From: Cereibacter sphaeroides 2.4.1
GTDB lineage: Bacteria; Pseudomonadota; Alphaproteobacteria; Rhodobacterales; Rhodobacteraceae
DNA: 32,000 nucleotides
Reading direction: 5' to 3'
Assembly (NCBI RefSeq): GCF_000012905.2
Contig: NC_007493.2
Location: 1,950,001 to 1,982,000 of the forward strand
Under the pieces are notes generated by a model, which saw only the letters and a program-made list of their open reading frames with translations, searched no databases and had not been told where the DNA came from. The number at the start of each line of letters is the position of its first letter. Within the stretch, counting starts at the first letter, position 1. The translations under genes were made by a program, and so were the position numbers. Positions 8,871 to 17,110 of the stretch are shown one piece after another.

Positions 8871-8940
8871 AGCCCCGCGCCCCGCCTCCTTCACGCTGGT
8901 CCAAATATCCCGCGGGGGTCCGGGGGCGCGAAGCCCCCGG
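8871..8940 (-). repeat. REP-like intergenic element, copy A (inverted relative to copy B at 22070..22141)
   Basis: The reverse complement reads CCGGGGG-CTTCGCG-CCCCCGG A CCCCCGCGGGATATTTGGACCAGCGTGAAGGAGGCGGGGCGCGGGGC. This is the same architecture as copy B and roughly four fifths identical to it: a G-run/C-run hairpin, then a GGATATTTGG core, then a GGGCGCGGGGC tail. It lies between the stop of the DUF3422-like gene and the argE-like start. Confidence 0.55.
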
Positions 8941-8953
8941 GGGCCGGCCCCGC

Positions 8954-10237
8954 TCAATGCATCTTCCGCTGGATCCGCCGCAGCGCGATCCACACCGCAA
9001 GCACCACGACCGGTGTCAGCACCGCGGTGGCCATCCCCTTGCTGATCCCGAAGGGCTCGGTCAGAGGATAGACCGCATAGGCTGCGAGGCTCACGGCATA
9101 ATAGCTGATCGCCACCACCGAGAGCCCCTCGACCGTGCGCTGCAGTCGCAGCTGCAGGTCCGCCCGGCGGTCCATGCTCTCGAGCAGCTTCTGGTTCTGC
9201 GCCGAGCGTTCCACATCCACCCGCGTCCGCAGGAGTTCCGCCGCCCGCTGCGCCCGCTCGGCCATCGAGCGCAGCCGGCCCTCGGCCGATTTCACCGTCC
9301 GCATCGCCGGATCGTAGCGCCGAGCCATGAATTCGGCGAAGGTCTGCCGCCCGCTGATCCGCTCCTCGCGCAGTGCGTCGATCCGGTCGTGCACGATCGC
9401 CTCATAGGCCCCGGTCGCGCCGAAGCGGAAGGTGAACTGCACGGCGAGGCTCTCGAGCTCGGCATTAATCTTCAGCAGTTCGTGCAGCGCCTCGTCGGGC
9501 GACTGTTCGATCTCGTCGAGCCCCGAGACGAGGGCGGAGAGCTTCGGATCGAGCGCATTCAGCCGCCCGTTCAGCGTGCGCGCCCGCATCAGCCCCAGCA
9601 TCGACATGGCGCGGTAGGTCTCGATCTCGCAGAGCCGGGTCACGATCCGCCCGATCCGCCGCGCCCCCGTGCCCGGCTTCACGAAGACGGAAAAGCGCAT
9701 GTGGCCCGCCGGATCGATGCGGAAGTCGCCCGCCACCACCGCCGCACCATCCACGATGCGCGAACAGGCAAGGCTGTCGGGCACGAACCAGCCCTCGAGC
9801 CGGTCGAGCGCCGCCGCCTCGTCCGCAGGCATCTCCTCGATGCGGATCAGGAGCGAGACGAGCCGGCGCCCCGGCGCCCGCTCTACCCAGTCCTCGGGAA
9901 AGACCTCGGCCTTGGCCGGGTCGAAGGGGCGCTCGTGCAGCCCCGGCACGAAGGCCGTGTAGGTCACGAATTCGGTGTGGCTCTCCCAGCGCAGCTCTGC
10001 CCGGCCGATGGGCGCCGAGAAATGCGTGGCCTCGGGCGCAGGATGGGCCGTCCCGTTGCGGTCGAGAATGTCGAGCAGATGCGCCCGGTCGCGCGCCCGG
10101 TCGCGGTTGGCCGCATCCACCGGCTCCTTGAAGGCCATGAAGACGACATGGCACGGCGCCTCGAGCGCCGGATAGGGACGGGCGTGCAGCTCGTTGGCAA
10201 GCGCATAGCGCAGGGGATGGTCGGCGACGGGGGGCAT
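8954..10237 (-). CDS. DUF3422-like membrane-anchored protein (hypothetical)
   Basis: 427 aa from ATG 10237, with GGAG 7 nt upstream. The track start is a TTG at 10267. The N-terminal HPLRYALANELHARPYP motif matches my memory of DUF3422 proteins. A large soluble coiled-coil-rich body is followed by two C-terminal TM helices (LSVVAISYYAVSLAAYAVY, ATAVLTPVVVLAVWIAL). High GC3 throughout. Confidence 0.7.
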   Translation of the reverse strand: MPPVADHPLRYALANELHARPYPALEAPCHVVFMAFKEPVDAANRDRARDRAHLLDILDRNGTAHPAPEATHFSAPIGRAELRWESHTEFVTYTAFVPGLHERPFDPAKAEVFPEDWVERAPGRRLVSLLIRIEEMPADEAAALDRLEGWFVPDSLACSRIVDGAAVVAGDFRIDPAGHMRFSVFVKPGTGARRIGRIVTRLCEIETYRAMSMLGLMRARTLNGRLNALDPKLSALVSGLDEIEQSPDEALHELLKINAELESLAVQFTFRFGATGAYEAIVHDRIDALREERISGRQTFAEFMARRYDPAMRTVKSAEGRLRSMAERAQRAAELLRTRVDVERSAQNQKLLESMDRRADLQLRLQRTVEGLSVVAISYYAVSLAAYAVYPLTEPFGISKGMATAVLTPVVVLAVWIALRRIQRKMH

Positions 10238-10472
10238 CACGGGCTCCGGCTGGACGGCGAGGGACAAGCTAGGGGGCGCAGAGCGGTTGAGGAAGAGGCC
10301 GCCGTGTCACGGGCGACGAAAGAGGCAGATGTTCGTGAGAGGAGCGCCTTGAGGCGCGGCGGGTTCCCGCGGCTCTCCCGACTGCGGGACCCCTGCCCGA
10401 CTGTCCCCAGCGCGGCGTGCGAGGCTCGCGCGGCCGGAGACCGAAGCCTGACAAGCACCCCCCAAACGGAAT

Positions 10473-10500
10473 GCGCGCCCCGCCGGGGGGCGGAGCGCGC
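10473..10500 (-). terminator. GC-rich hairpin downstream of pntB (possible terminator)
   Basis: 12-bp stem with a GGGG loop, 22 nt after the pntB stop. The single imperfection is C.A on the + strand but G.U in the minus-strand RNA. It is followed by AUUCCGUUUGGG, which is only a weak U tract. Confidence 0.45.
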
Positions 10501-10521
10501 GCAAGGGGACGGACCCGAAGG

Positions 10522-11970
10522 TCACTCGATCAGCGGCAGGAGCGCGTCGAGGCTCTTTTTCGCGTCGCCATAGAACATCCGCGTGTTGTCCTTGTAGAAC
10601 AGCGGGTTCTCGATGCCCGAATAGCCGGTGCCCTGCCCGCGTTTCGAGACGAACACCTGCTTGGCCTTCCAGACTTCGAGCACCGGCATCCCGGCGATGG
10701 GCGAGTTCGGATCTTCCTGCGCCGCCGGGTTCACGATGTCGTTCGAGCCGATGACGATGGCCACGTCGGTCGAGGGGAAGTCCTCGTTGATCTCGTCCAT
10801 CTCGAGCACGATGTCGTAGGGCACCTTCGCCTCGGCCAGAAGCACGTTCATGTGCCCCGGCAGACGGCCCGCGACGGGGTGGATGGCGAAGCGCACGTCC
10901 TTGCCGCGGGCACGCAGCTTGCGGGTCAGTTCCGACACCGAGCCCTGCGCCTGCGCCACCGCCATACCGTAGCCCGGCACGATGATGACCGAATCCGCGT
11001 CGTTCAGCGCGGCCGCCACGCCGTCGGCATCGATGGCGATCATCTCGCCCGCGATCTCCTGCGCCGGGCCGGTGGTGCCGCCGAAGCCGCCGAGGATCAC
11101 CGAGATGAACGAGCGGTTCATCGCGCGGCACATGATGTAGGAGAGGATCGCACCCGACGAGCCCACCAGCGCGCCGGTGACGATCAGGAGGTCATTGCCC
11201 AGCGTGAAGCCGATGGCCGCCGCGGCCCAGCCCGAGTAGCTGTTCAGCATCGACACGACGACAGGCATGTCGGCCCCGCCGATCCCCATGATGAGATGCC
11301 AGCCGAGGAAGCCCGCGATCAGCGTCATCAGGAGCAGCGTCCAGACGGCAGAACCGGCCGGCGCGTTGAAGTAGATCACGAGCAGCACGAGCGAGGCCAC
11401 GATGGTCGCCGCATTGATCGCATGGCCGCCCGGCAGCTTGGCGGGCTTGCCGTCGATCTTGCCCGCGAGCTTGCCGAAGGCCACCACCGAACCCGTGAAG
11501 GTCACGGCGCCGATGAAGATGCCGAGGAAGACCTCGACCTTCAGGATCAGGATCTCGACCGGCATCTTGTGGGCCAGCACCGCGGCAAAGCCCGCGAGCG
11601 CCTCGAGGTTGCCGCCCTGCTCCTTCACCGCCACGACCGAGCCCAGCTCGAACTGGGCGTTGAGGCCGATAAAGACCGCAGCCAGACCCACGAAGGAATG
11701 GAGCGCCGCGACGAGCTGCGGCATCTCCGTCATCTCGACCTTCTTGGCCACATAGGCCCCGGCCACGGCGCCCGCGATCACCATCACCGCGATGATGACG
11801 TAATGGCCCACGCCCGGCCCGAAGACCGTGGCGCCCACCGCCAGCGCCATGCCGACGATGCCGTACCAGACGGCGCGCTTCGCGCTCTCCTGCCCCGAGA
11901 GGCCGCCGAGCGAGAGGATGAAGAGGATGGCCGCGGCGATGTAGGCGGCGGATGTCAGTCCGATGCTCAT
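10522..11970 (-). CDS. pntB: NAD(P) transhydrogenase subunit beta
   Basis: 482 aa from ATG 11970, with SD GGAGGG upstream; the track ORF adds 22 aa. Multi-TM N-terminal domain II and C-terminal NADP(H)-binding domain III ([30 protein letters not shown]). Confidence 0.93.
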   Translation of the reverse strand: MSIGLTSAAYIAAAILFILSLGGLSGQESAKRAVWYGIVGMALAVGATVFGPGVGHYVIIAVMVIAGAVAGAYVAKKVEMTEMPQLVAALHSFVGLAAVFIGLNAQFELGSVVAVKEQGGNLEALAGFAAVLAHKMPVEILILKVEVFLGIFIGAVTFTGSVVAFGKLAGKIDGKPAKLPGGHAINAATIVASLVLLVIYFNAPAGSAVWTLLLMTLIAGFLGWHLIMGIGGADMPVVVSMLNSYSGWAAAAIGFTLGNDLLIVTGALVGSSGAILSYIMCRAMNRSFISVILGGFGGTTGPAQEIAGEMIAIDADGVAAALNDADSVIIVPGYGMAVAQAQGSVSELTRKLRARGKDVRFAIHPVAGRLPGHMNVLLAEAKVPYDIVLEMDEINEDFPSTDVAIVIGSNDIVNPAAQEDPNSPIAGMPVLEVWKAKQVFVSKRGQGTGYSGIENPLFYKDNTRMFYGDAKKSLDALLPLIE

Positions 11971-11980
11971 CGGGCCCTCC

Positions 11981-13552
11981 TTACGACTTCTGGAACATGG
12001 CGAGCATCCGGCGCGTGACCAGGAAGCCGCCCACAATGTTGATGGTGGCGATCAGGACCGAGATCGCCGCAAGCAGCACCACGAGGACATTGCCCGAGCC
12101 GATCTGCAGCAGCGCGCCGAGGATCACGATGCCCGAGATGGCGTTCGTGACCGCCATCAGCGGCGTATGCAGGCTGTGCGAGACGTTCCAGATCACCTGG
12201 AAGCCCACGAAGCAGGCCAGCGCGAAGACGATGAAATGCGCCATGAACGAAGGCGGCGCATACATCCCCACGAACAGGAGGAGCGCCGTGCCCACGGCAA
12301 GCATCGCGACCTGGCTCACCGTCTGCTTGCGGAAGGTGGCGATCTCGGCCGCACGCTTCTCTTCGGGGGTCAGCTCCTTCACCTTCTCGCGCGGTTTCGC
12401 GGCCGCGATGGCCGCGACCTTCGGCGGCGGCGGCGGGAAGGTGATCGCGCCGTCATGGGTGACGGTCGCGCCGCGGATGACGTCATCCTCCATGTTGTGA
12501 TGGATCACGCCGTCCTTCTTCGGCGTGAGATCCGTCAGCATGTGGCGGATGTTGGTGGAATAGAGCGTCGAGGCCTGAGCCGCCATGCGCGAGGGGAAGT
12601 CGGTATAGCCCACGATGGTCACGCCGTTCGGCGTCACGATCTTCTGGTCGGGCACCGTCAGGTCGCAGTTGCCGCCGCGCTCGGAGGCGAGGTCGACGAT
12701 GACCGAGCCGCGCTTCATGGCCGAGACCATGTCCTCGGTCCAGAGCTTCGGCGCCGGCCGACCGGGGATGAGCGCCGTCGTGATGACGATGTCCATCTCG
12801 GGGGCGAGCTCGCGGAACTTGGCCAGCTGCTTCTCGCGGAACTCGGGGGACGAGGGGGCCGCGTAGCCGCCGGTGGCCGCGCCGTCCTGCGCCTCCTCGA
12901 ACTCGAGATAGACGAATTCGGCGCCCATGGATTCGATCTGCTCGGCCACTTCGGGCCGCACGTCGAACGCATAGGTGATCGCACCGAGCGAGGTGGCCGT
13001 GCCGATGGCCGCAAGGCCCGCTACGCCCGCACCCACCACGAGCACCTTGGCCGGGGGCACCTTGCCCGCCGCCGTCACCTGCCCCGTGAAGAAGCGGCCG
13101 AAGTTGTTGCCGGCCTCGATCACCGCGCGATAGCCCGCGATATTGGCCATCGAGGACAACGCGTCCATCTTCTGCGCGCGCGAGATCCTCGGCACCATGT
13201 CCATCGCGACGACAGTGGCGCCCTTCTCCTTGCAGAGCTCCAGAAGCTCGGCATTCTGGGCGGGCCAGAAGAAGGAGATCAGCGTCTGTCCGCGGCGCAG
13301 CCGCTCGGCCTCGGCCCGTTCGGGACCGCGCACCTTCACCACGATGTCCGCGGCCTCGAAGAGGGCCGCGGCCGAGGGCAGGACCTCGACGCCGGCGGCG
13401 GCATAGGCTTCGTCGGAGAAGCCCGCCTTCATGCCCGCGCCGGTCTCGATCACGCAGTGATGCCCGAGCTTCTGCAGCTGGAGGGCGGAGTCCGGCGTCA
13501 TGGCGACGCGGGCCTCGCCCTCGAATATCTCCCTGGGTGCTCCGATCTTCAC
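11981..13552 (-). CDS. pntA: NAD(P) transhydrogenase subunit alpha (fused dI plus membrane part)
   Basis: 523 aa. N-terminal alanine-dehydrogenase-like dI ([35 protein letters not shown]) and C-terminal TM helices. GTG start at 13552 with SD AAGGGGGA 7 nt upstream. The stop lies 10 nt before the pntB ATG. Confidence 0.93.
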   Translation of the reverse strand: MKIGAPREIFEGEARVAMTPDSALQLQKLGHHCVIETGAGMKAGFSDEAYAAAGVEVLPSAAALFEAADIVVKVRGPERAEAERLRRGQTLISFFWPAQNAELLELCKEKGATVVAMDMVPRISRAQKMDALSSMANIAGYRAVIEAGNNFGRFFTGQVTAAGKVPPAKVLVVGAGVAGLAAIGTATSLGAITYAFDVRPEVAEQIESMGAEFVYLEFEEAQDGAATGGYAAPSSPEFREKQLAKFRELAPEMDIVITTALIPGRPAPKLWTEDMVSAMKRGSVIVDLASERGGNCDLTVPDQKIVTPNGVTIVGYTDFPSRMAAQASTLYSTNIRHMLTDLTPKKDGVIHHNMEDDVIRGATVTHDGAITFPPPPPKVAAIAAAKPREKVKELTPEEKRAAEIATFRKQTVSQVAMLAVGTALLLFVGMYAPPSFMAHFIVFALACFVGFQVIWNVSHSLHTPLMAVTNAISGIVILGALLQIGSGNVLVVLLAAISVLIATINIVGGFLVTRRMLAMFQKS

Positions 13553-13602
13553 CGATTATCCCCCTTCATTCGCGGCTTCCGGCGGGGTTCGCCGGCCCGC
13601 CT

Positions 13603-13660
13603 GTTTAACATTGCGCAAGAAAATTGCACAAGACGGTTGCCGCCTTGCAGCAAGTTGCAG
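13603..13660 (-). promoter_or_regulatory. AT-rich island with repeated TTGC/GCAA palindromic boxes upstream of pntA (candidate promoter/operator)
   Basis: The + strand reads ATTGCGCAAGA (13610-13620) and ATTGCACAAGA (13623-13633), a direct repeat 13 nt apart. CTTGCAGCAAG (13644-13654) and TTGCAG (13655-13660) follow. On the minus strand, TTGTGC-N17-TTAAAC could serve as -35/-10. Confidence 0.3.
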
Positions 13661-13690
13661 ATTTCGTCCAGCGGGCGCGTTGCCGCTGCG

Positions 13691-14134
13691 TCACAGCCAG
13701 CGCCGTGTCCGGCGGGTCCAGTCGTCGAATTGCGCCCCGAAGGCAAGGCGCAACCGTGCCTCCTCGGGCTCGACGAAGCGCCGCGTGAGCACCCACAGGA
13801 AGGCGGGCACGAGCGGCAGGCCCAGCGGCGCGTCGATCCAGAGGAGCACCGCGAGCAGGATCAGGAGATCGCCGAGATAGATCGGGTTGCGGCTGATCGA
13901 AAAGACCCCGTCGGTCACGAGGGCGCTCGGCTGCCGGTGCGGCAGGACGGTGGTCGCGGCCCGGCGCATCAGGCGCGCGGCCAGCCCCGCGAGCACGAGG
14001 CCTGTCCCGCCGAGGCCCACGGCCGCGATCCGTCCGGGCGCGCCGAACAGCCCGAACGGCACCAGCCGGTCGAGCGCGAGGGCCACGATCACGAAGAGCA
14101 GCAGCCAAAGCGGCGGCAGGTCGAGAGGCTTCAT
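13691..14134 (-). CDS. isoprenylcysteine carboxyl methyltransferase (ICMT/PEMT) family membrane protein
   Basis: 147 aa from ATG 14134 with SD AAGGAG; the track ORF adds 28 Arg-rich aa. Four hydrophobic helices and the family motif GVFSISRNPIYLGDLL. Confidence 0.8.
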   Translation of the reverse strand: MKPLDLPPLWLLLFVIVALALDRLVPFGLFGAPGRIAAVGLGGTGLVLAGLAARLMRRAATTVLPHRQPSALVTDGVFSISRNPIYLGDLLILLAVLLWIDAPLGLPLVPAFLWVLTRRFVEPEEARLRLAFGAQFDDWTRRTRRWL

Positions 14135-14255
14135 GCGGTCTCCTTGCGCGGGTCGCCCCCTCATGCCACGGGCGGGGCGCCCCGCAAAGGGCCGAGGCGC
14201 CTTGCGGCCCCGCGCCATTTGCCGCTACCTCCGTTGCGCAGAATGGGAGGGACGC

Positions 14256-15446
14256 ATGACGGATTTCGAGGCGACGCGGGCGATGTTCGACCTGCCCGAG
14301 GGCGTGATCTACCTCGACGGAAACTCGCTCGGTCCGCTGCCGCGGGCGGCGGCGGCGCGGGTGGCGGGCTGCGTCACCGAGGAATGGGGCGGGATGCTCA
14401 TCACCGGCTGGAACCGCGCGGGCTGGATGGAAATGCCGCGACGGCTGGGCGACCGGATCGGCCGGCTGGTGGGGGCGGAGCCCGGGACGGTGGTTCTGGG
14501 CGACACGCTCTCGATCAAGGTCTTCCAGGCGCTGGCCGCGGCCTGCGAGATGCGCCCCGACCGGCGGGTGATCCTGTCGGACAGCGGCAACTTCCCCTCG
14601 GATCTCTACATGGCCGAGGGGCTCTGCCGGATGCTGGGCGACCGCGAACTGCGCGTGGTGGCGCCCGAGGCGCTCGAGGATGCGATCGACGAAAGCGTGG
14701 CCGCGATCCTCGTGACCGAGGTGGATTACCGCACCGGGCGGCGGCACGACATGGCGGCCCTCACCGCCCGGGCCCATGCCGCGGGCGCGCTCGCGATCTG
14801 GGATCTCGCCCATTCCGCCGGCGCCCTGCCCGTCCGGCTGGCCGAGGAGGGCGCGGACTTCGCGGTGGGCTGCACCTACAAGTACCTGAACTCCGGCCCC
14901 GGCGGGCCCGCCTTCATCTATGTGGCCCCCCGCCACGGCGAGCGCGCAGTGCCCGCGCTTTCGGGCTGGCTCGGGCATGAGGCGCCCTTCGCCTTCGATC
15001 CGGCCTACCGCCCGGCGCGCGGGGTCGAGCGGATGCGGGTGGGGACGCCCCCCGTGATCCAGATGGCGGCCCTCGATGCGGCGCTCGACGTCTGGGAGGG
15101 CGTGGCGATGGCCGATCTGCGGGCGCGCTCGCTGGAGCTGACCGACCTCTTCATCGCCGAGGTCGAGGCGCGCTGCCCGGACCTCGTGCTCGCCACGCCG
15201 CGCACGCACGAGCGCCGCGGCTCGCAGGTGAGCTTCCGCCATCCCGAGGCCTATCCGATCATGCAGGCGCTGATCGCGCGCGGCGTGATCGGCGATTTCC
15301 GCGCGCCCGACATCCTGCGCTTCGGCTTCACGCCGCTCTATATCGGCGCCTCCGAGGTGAGCCGCGCGGCGGAAATTCTCGGCGAGGTGATGGCGGGCCG
15401 GCTCTGGGACCGTGAGGACTATCGCCGGCGCGCAGCCGTGACCTGA
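14256..15446 (+). CDS. kynU: kynureninase
   Basis: 396 aa from ATG 14256 with SD GGGAGGGA; the track ORF 13887.. is an antisense-overlapping extension. Contains YLDGNSLGPLP and the PLP-lysine region GCTYKYLNSGPGGPAF. Class V fold. Confidence 0.85.
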   Translation: MTDFEATRAMFDLPEGVIYLDGNSLGPLPRAAAARVAGCVTEEWGGMLITGWNRAGWMEMPRRLGDRIGRLVGAEPGTVVLGDTLSIKVFQALAAACEMRPDRRVILSDSGNFPSDLYMAEGLCRMLGDRELRVVAPEALEDAIDESVAAILVTEVDYRTGRRHDMAALTARAHAAGALAIWDLAHSAGALPVRLAEEGADFAVGCTYKYLNSGPGGPAFIYVAPRHGERAVPALSGWLGHEAPFAFDPAYRPARGVERMRVGTPPVIQMAALDAALDVWEGVAMADLRARSLELTDLFIAEVEARCPDLVLATPRTHERRGSQVSFRHPEAYPIMQALIARGVIGDFRAPDILRFGFTPLYIGASEVSRAAEILGEVMAGRLWDREDYRRRAAVT

Positions 15447-15669
15447 CAGGGGAGCGCGTGAGGGAGGGGCCGTCGCCGGGGGCATCGAGCCCCCGACGAC
15501 GGCGCTGCCGCTCACGGGAGCGGACCCGGCAGAACCCGGTGCCGCGCGCGTAAAAAACACTTGCTTTCGGGGGATCTCCGCCGTCCGGCTTTGACCATCG
15601 ACGCCGAGTCGTTTACCTTCCCATGTCAGACAGCCCGCCGACAGGGCGGGCGCGGGGCAGGACAGCGGA

Positions 15670-16698
15670 ATGGAACTGATCGGACGGAAGCTTGCAGCCG
15701 CGGTACTCGCGGCGGGGATGCTGGGGGGCTGCGTGCCGGACGCAGCCATGGTGAATGGCAAGGTCGAGGAACCGGCCCCGCAGCCGAAGCTCTTCGAGGG
15801 GGCCTATGCGGCCCGGGCGGACGGCAAATATACCCTGCCCGCCATCCCCACCGACCGGGTGCCGGTGCAGTATCAGCGCCAGACCGTGGCCTATACCAGC
15901 AACGAGGCGCCCGGCACCATCGTCATCAACCCGCGCGAGCGCGTGCTCTATTTCGTGACGGGCAAGGATACGGCGATCCGCTACGGGATCGCGGTCGGCA
16001 AGGAAGGTTTCCAGTGGTCCGGCACGGCCGTGGTGGCAAACCGCCGCCACTGGCCGACCTGGACGCCGCCGCCCGAGATGATCGACCGCAAGCCCGAACT
16101 GAAGAAATGGGAGAAGGGCCAGCCCGGCGGGCCCACGAACCCGCTCGGTGCGCGCGCGCTCTATCTCGAGACCAACGGGCGCGATTACGGCTACCGCATC
16201 CACGGGACGCCGGAATGGAACTCGATCGGGCATAATGCCTCGTCGGGCTGCATCCGCATGATCAACCAGGACGTTGTCGACCTGTTCGAGCGCGTGCCGG
16301 ACGGAGCGAAGGTCGTGGTGATGACGCATGACGGCAAGATGCCGACCGGCCTCACCCTGCCGCCGCCCCCGCCGAAGAAGGCCAAGCCCGTGGCCGTGGC
16401 GGCCGTGACCGCGCCGGCCAAGCCCGCGATTCCGTCGGGGCTGTCGAACCTGCCGATGCTCTCGCCCTACGGCGCCCCCGCCGCAGCGGAGCCGGCAGCG
16501 ACCGAGCCCACCGCGACGAGCCCGTCAGAAGCCACGCCCCCTGCCCCGGCCGCCGATACGCCACCCGAGACCACGGGCCCTCTGGCCGACGAGCCCTCGG
16601 CCGTTCCGGCGCCCGAAGAGGTGCCCGATGCCCCGGTGGTCCTGCCTCCGGCCGAAGCCGCGGCGCCTGCGGAAAGCCAAGCCACCGACTCGCTTTGA
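15670..16698 (+). CDS. lipoprotein L,D-transpeptidase (YkuD/ErfK family) with Pro/Ala-rich C-terminal tail
   Basis: Signal peptide plus lipobox (AAGMLGGC). YkuD catalytic motif YRIHGTPEWNSIGHNASSGCIRM. The last roughly 110 aa are low-complexity P/A/E/T. Confidence 0.85.
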   Translation: MELIGRKLAAAVLAAGMLGGCVPDAAMVNGKVEEPAPQPKLFEGAYAARADGKYTLPAIPTDRVPVQYQRQTVAYTSNEAPGTIVINPRERVLYFVTGKDTAIRYGIAVGKEGFQWSGTAVVANRRHWPTWTPPPEMIDRKPELKKWEKGQPGGPTNPLGARALYLETNGRDYGYRIHGTPEWNSIGHNASSGCIRMINQDVVDLFERVPDGAKVVVMTHDGKMPTGLTLPPPPPKKAKPVAVAAVTAPAKPAIPSGLSNLPMLSPYGAPAAAEPAATEPTATSPSEATPPAPAADTPPETTGPLADEPSAVPAPEEVPDAPVVLPPAEAAAPAESQATDSL

Positions 16699-16723
16699 TC
16701 GGGGATCACCCGTTGCTCTGATC

Positions 16724-16750
16724 GGGCCGCCCCTCGGGCGGCCCTTTCGC
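16724..16750 (+). terminator. hairpin terminator candidate after the L,D-transpeptidase gene
   Basis: GGGCCGCCC-CTC-GGGCGGCCC (9-bp GC stem) begins 26 nt after the stop and is followed by TTTCGCATT, a short T tract. Confidence 0.5.
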
Positions 16751-16897
16751 ATTGCGCCCCCCCGGCGGCTCCTGATGCCGCGGATGAGGCTCTGATACCT
16801 GATGAGGGTTGCCGACCCGTCCCGGCACACCGAGAGGGCTTCATGGACGCCCTAAGGCGGACCTCCAAGGCAAGGAGGGGTTTCCCCGCAGGAGACG

Positions 16898-17110
16898 GCG
16901 GTCGGCTCTTCGGCGGCTCTCATTGACGCGTCCGACCATTCGTGCAGGCGCTCAGGCACGGCGGTCGAGTCTCCGGCTCCTCCCCTTGACGCGTCTGGCC
17001 ATTCGCGCCGGCGCTAAGGCACGGCTGTTGGCTCTCCGGCAAGCTCACCCTGCGCATCCGGCCGTTCCTGCCGGCGCGCCGGTGCTCAGGCGCTGAGACG
17101 GGTCGGGGCG
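16898..17110. repeat. tandem repeat array, period about 63 bp, about 3 copies
   Basis: Unit 1 (16923-16985) and unit 2 (16986-17048) both start with TTGACGCGTC and match at about 45 of 54 aligned positions. A partial unit precedes them (16898-16922). A degenerate third unit (17049 onward) runs into the 3' end of the convergent amidotransferase gene. Confidence 0.6.

Noticed and set aside
14233-14240. A further TTGCGCA box 16-23 nt upstream of the kynU start, resembling the pntA upstream boxes.
   Set aside because: A single 7-mer of this composition is expected by chance in GC-rich DNA. It overlaps the SD region rather than a promoter.
16799-16806. CTGATGAG, the hammerhead ribozyme core, in the spacer after the L,D-transpeptidase gene.
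   Set aside because: I found no properly placed stem II followed by a CGAAA core element, and no cleavage-site helix. About one chance occurrence of an 8-mer is expected in 64 kb of two-strand sequence.
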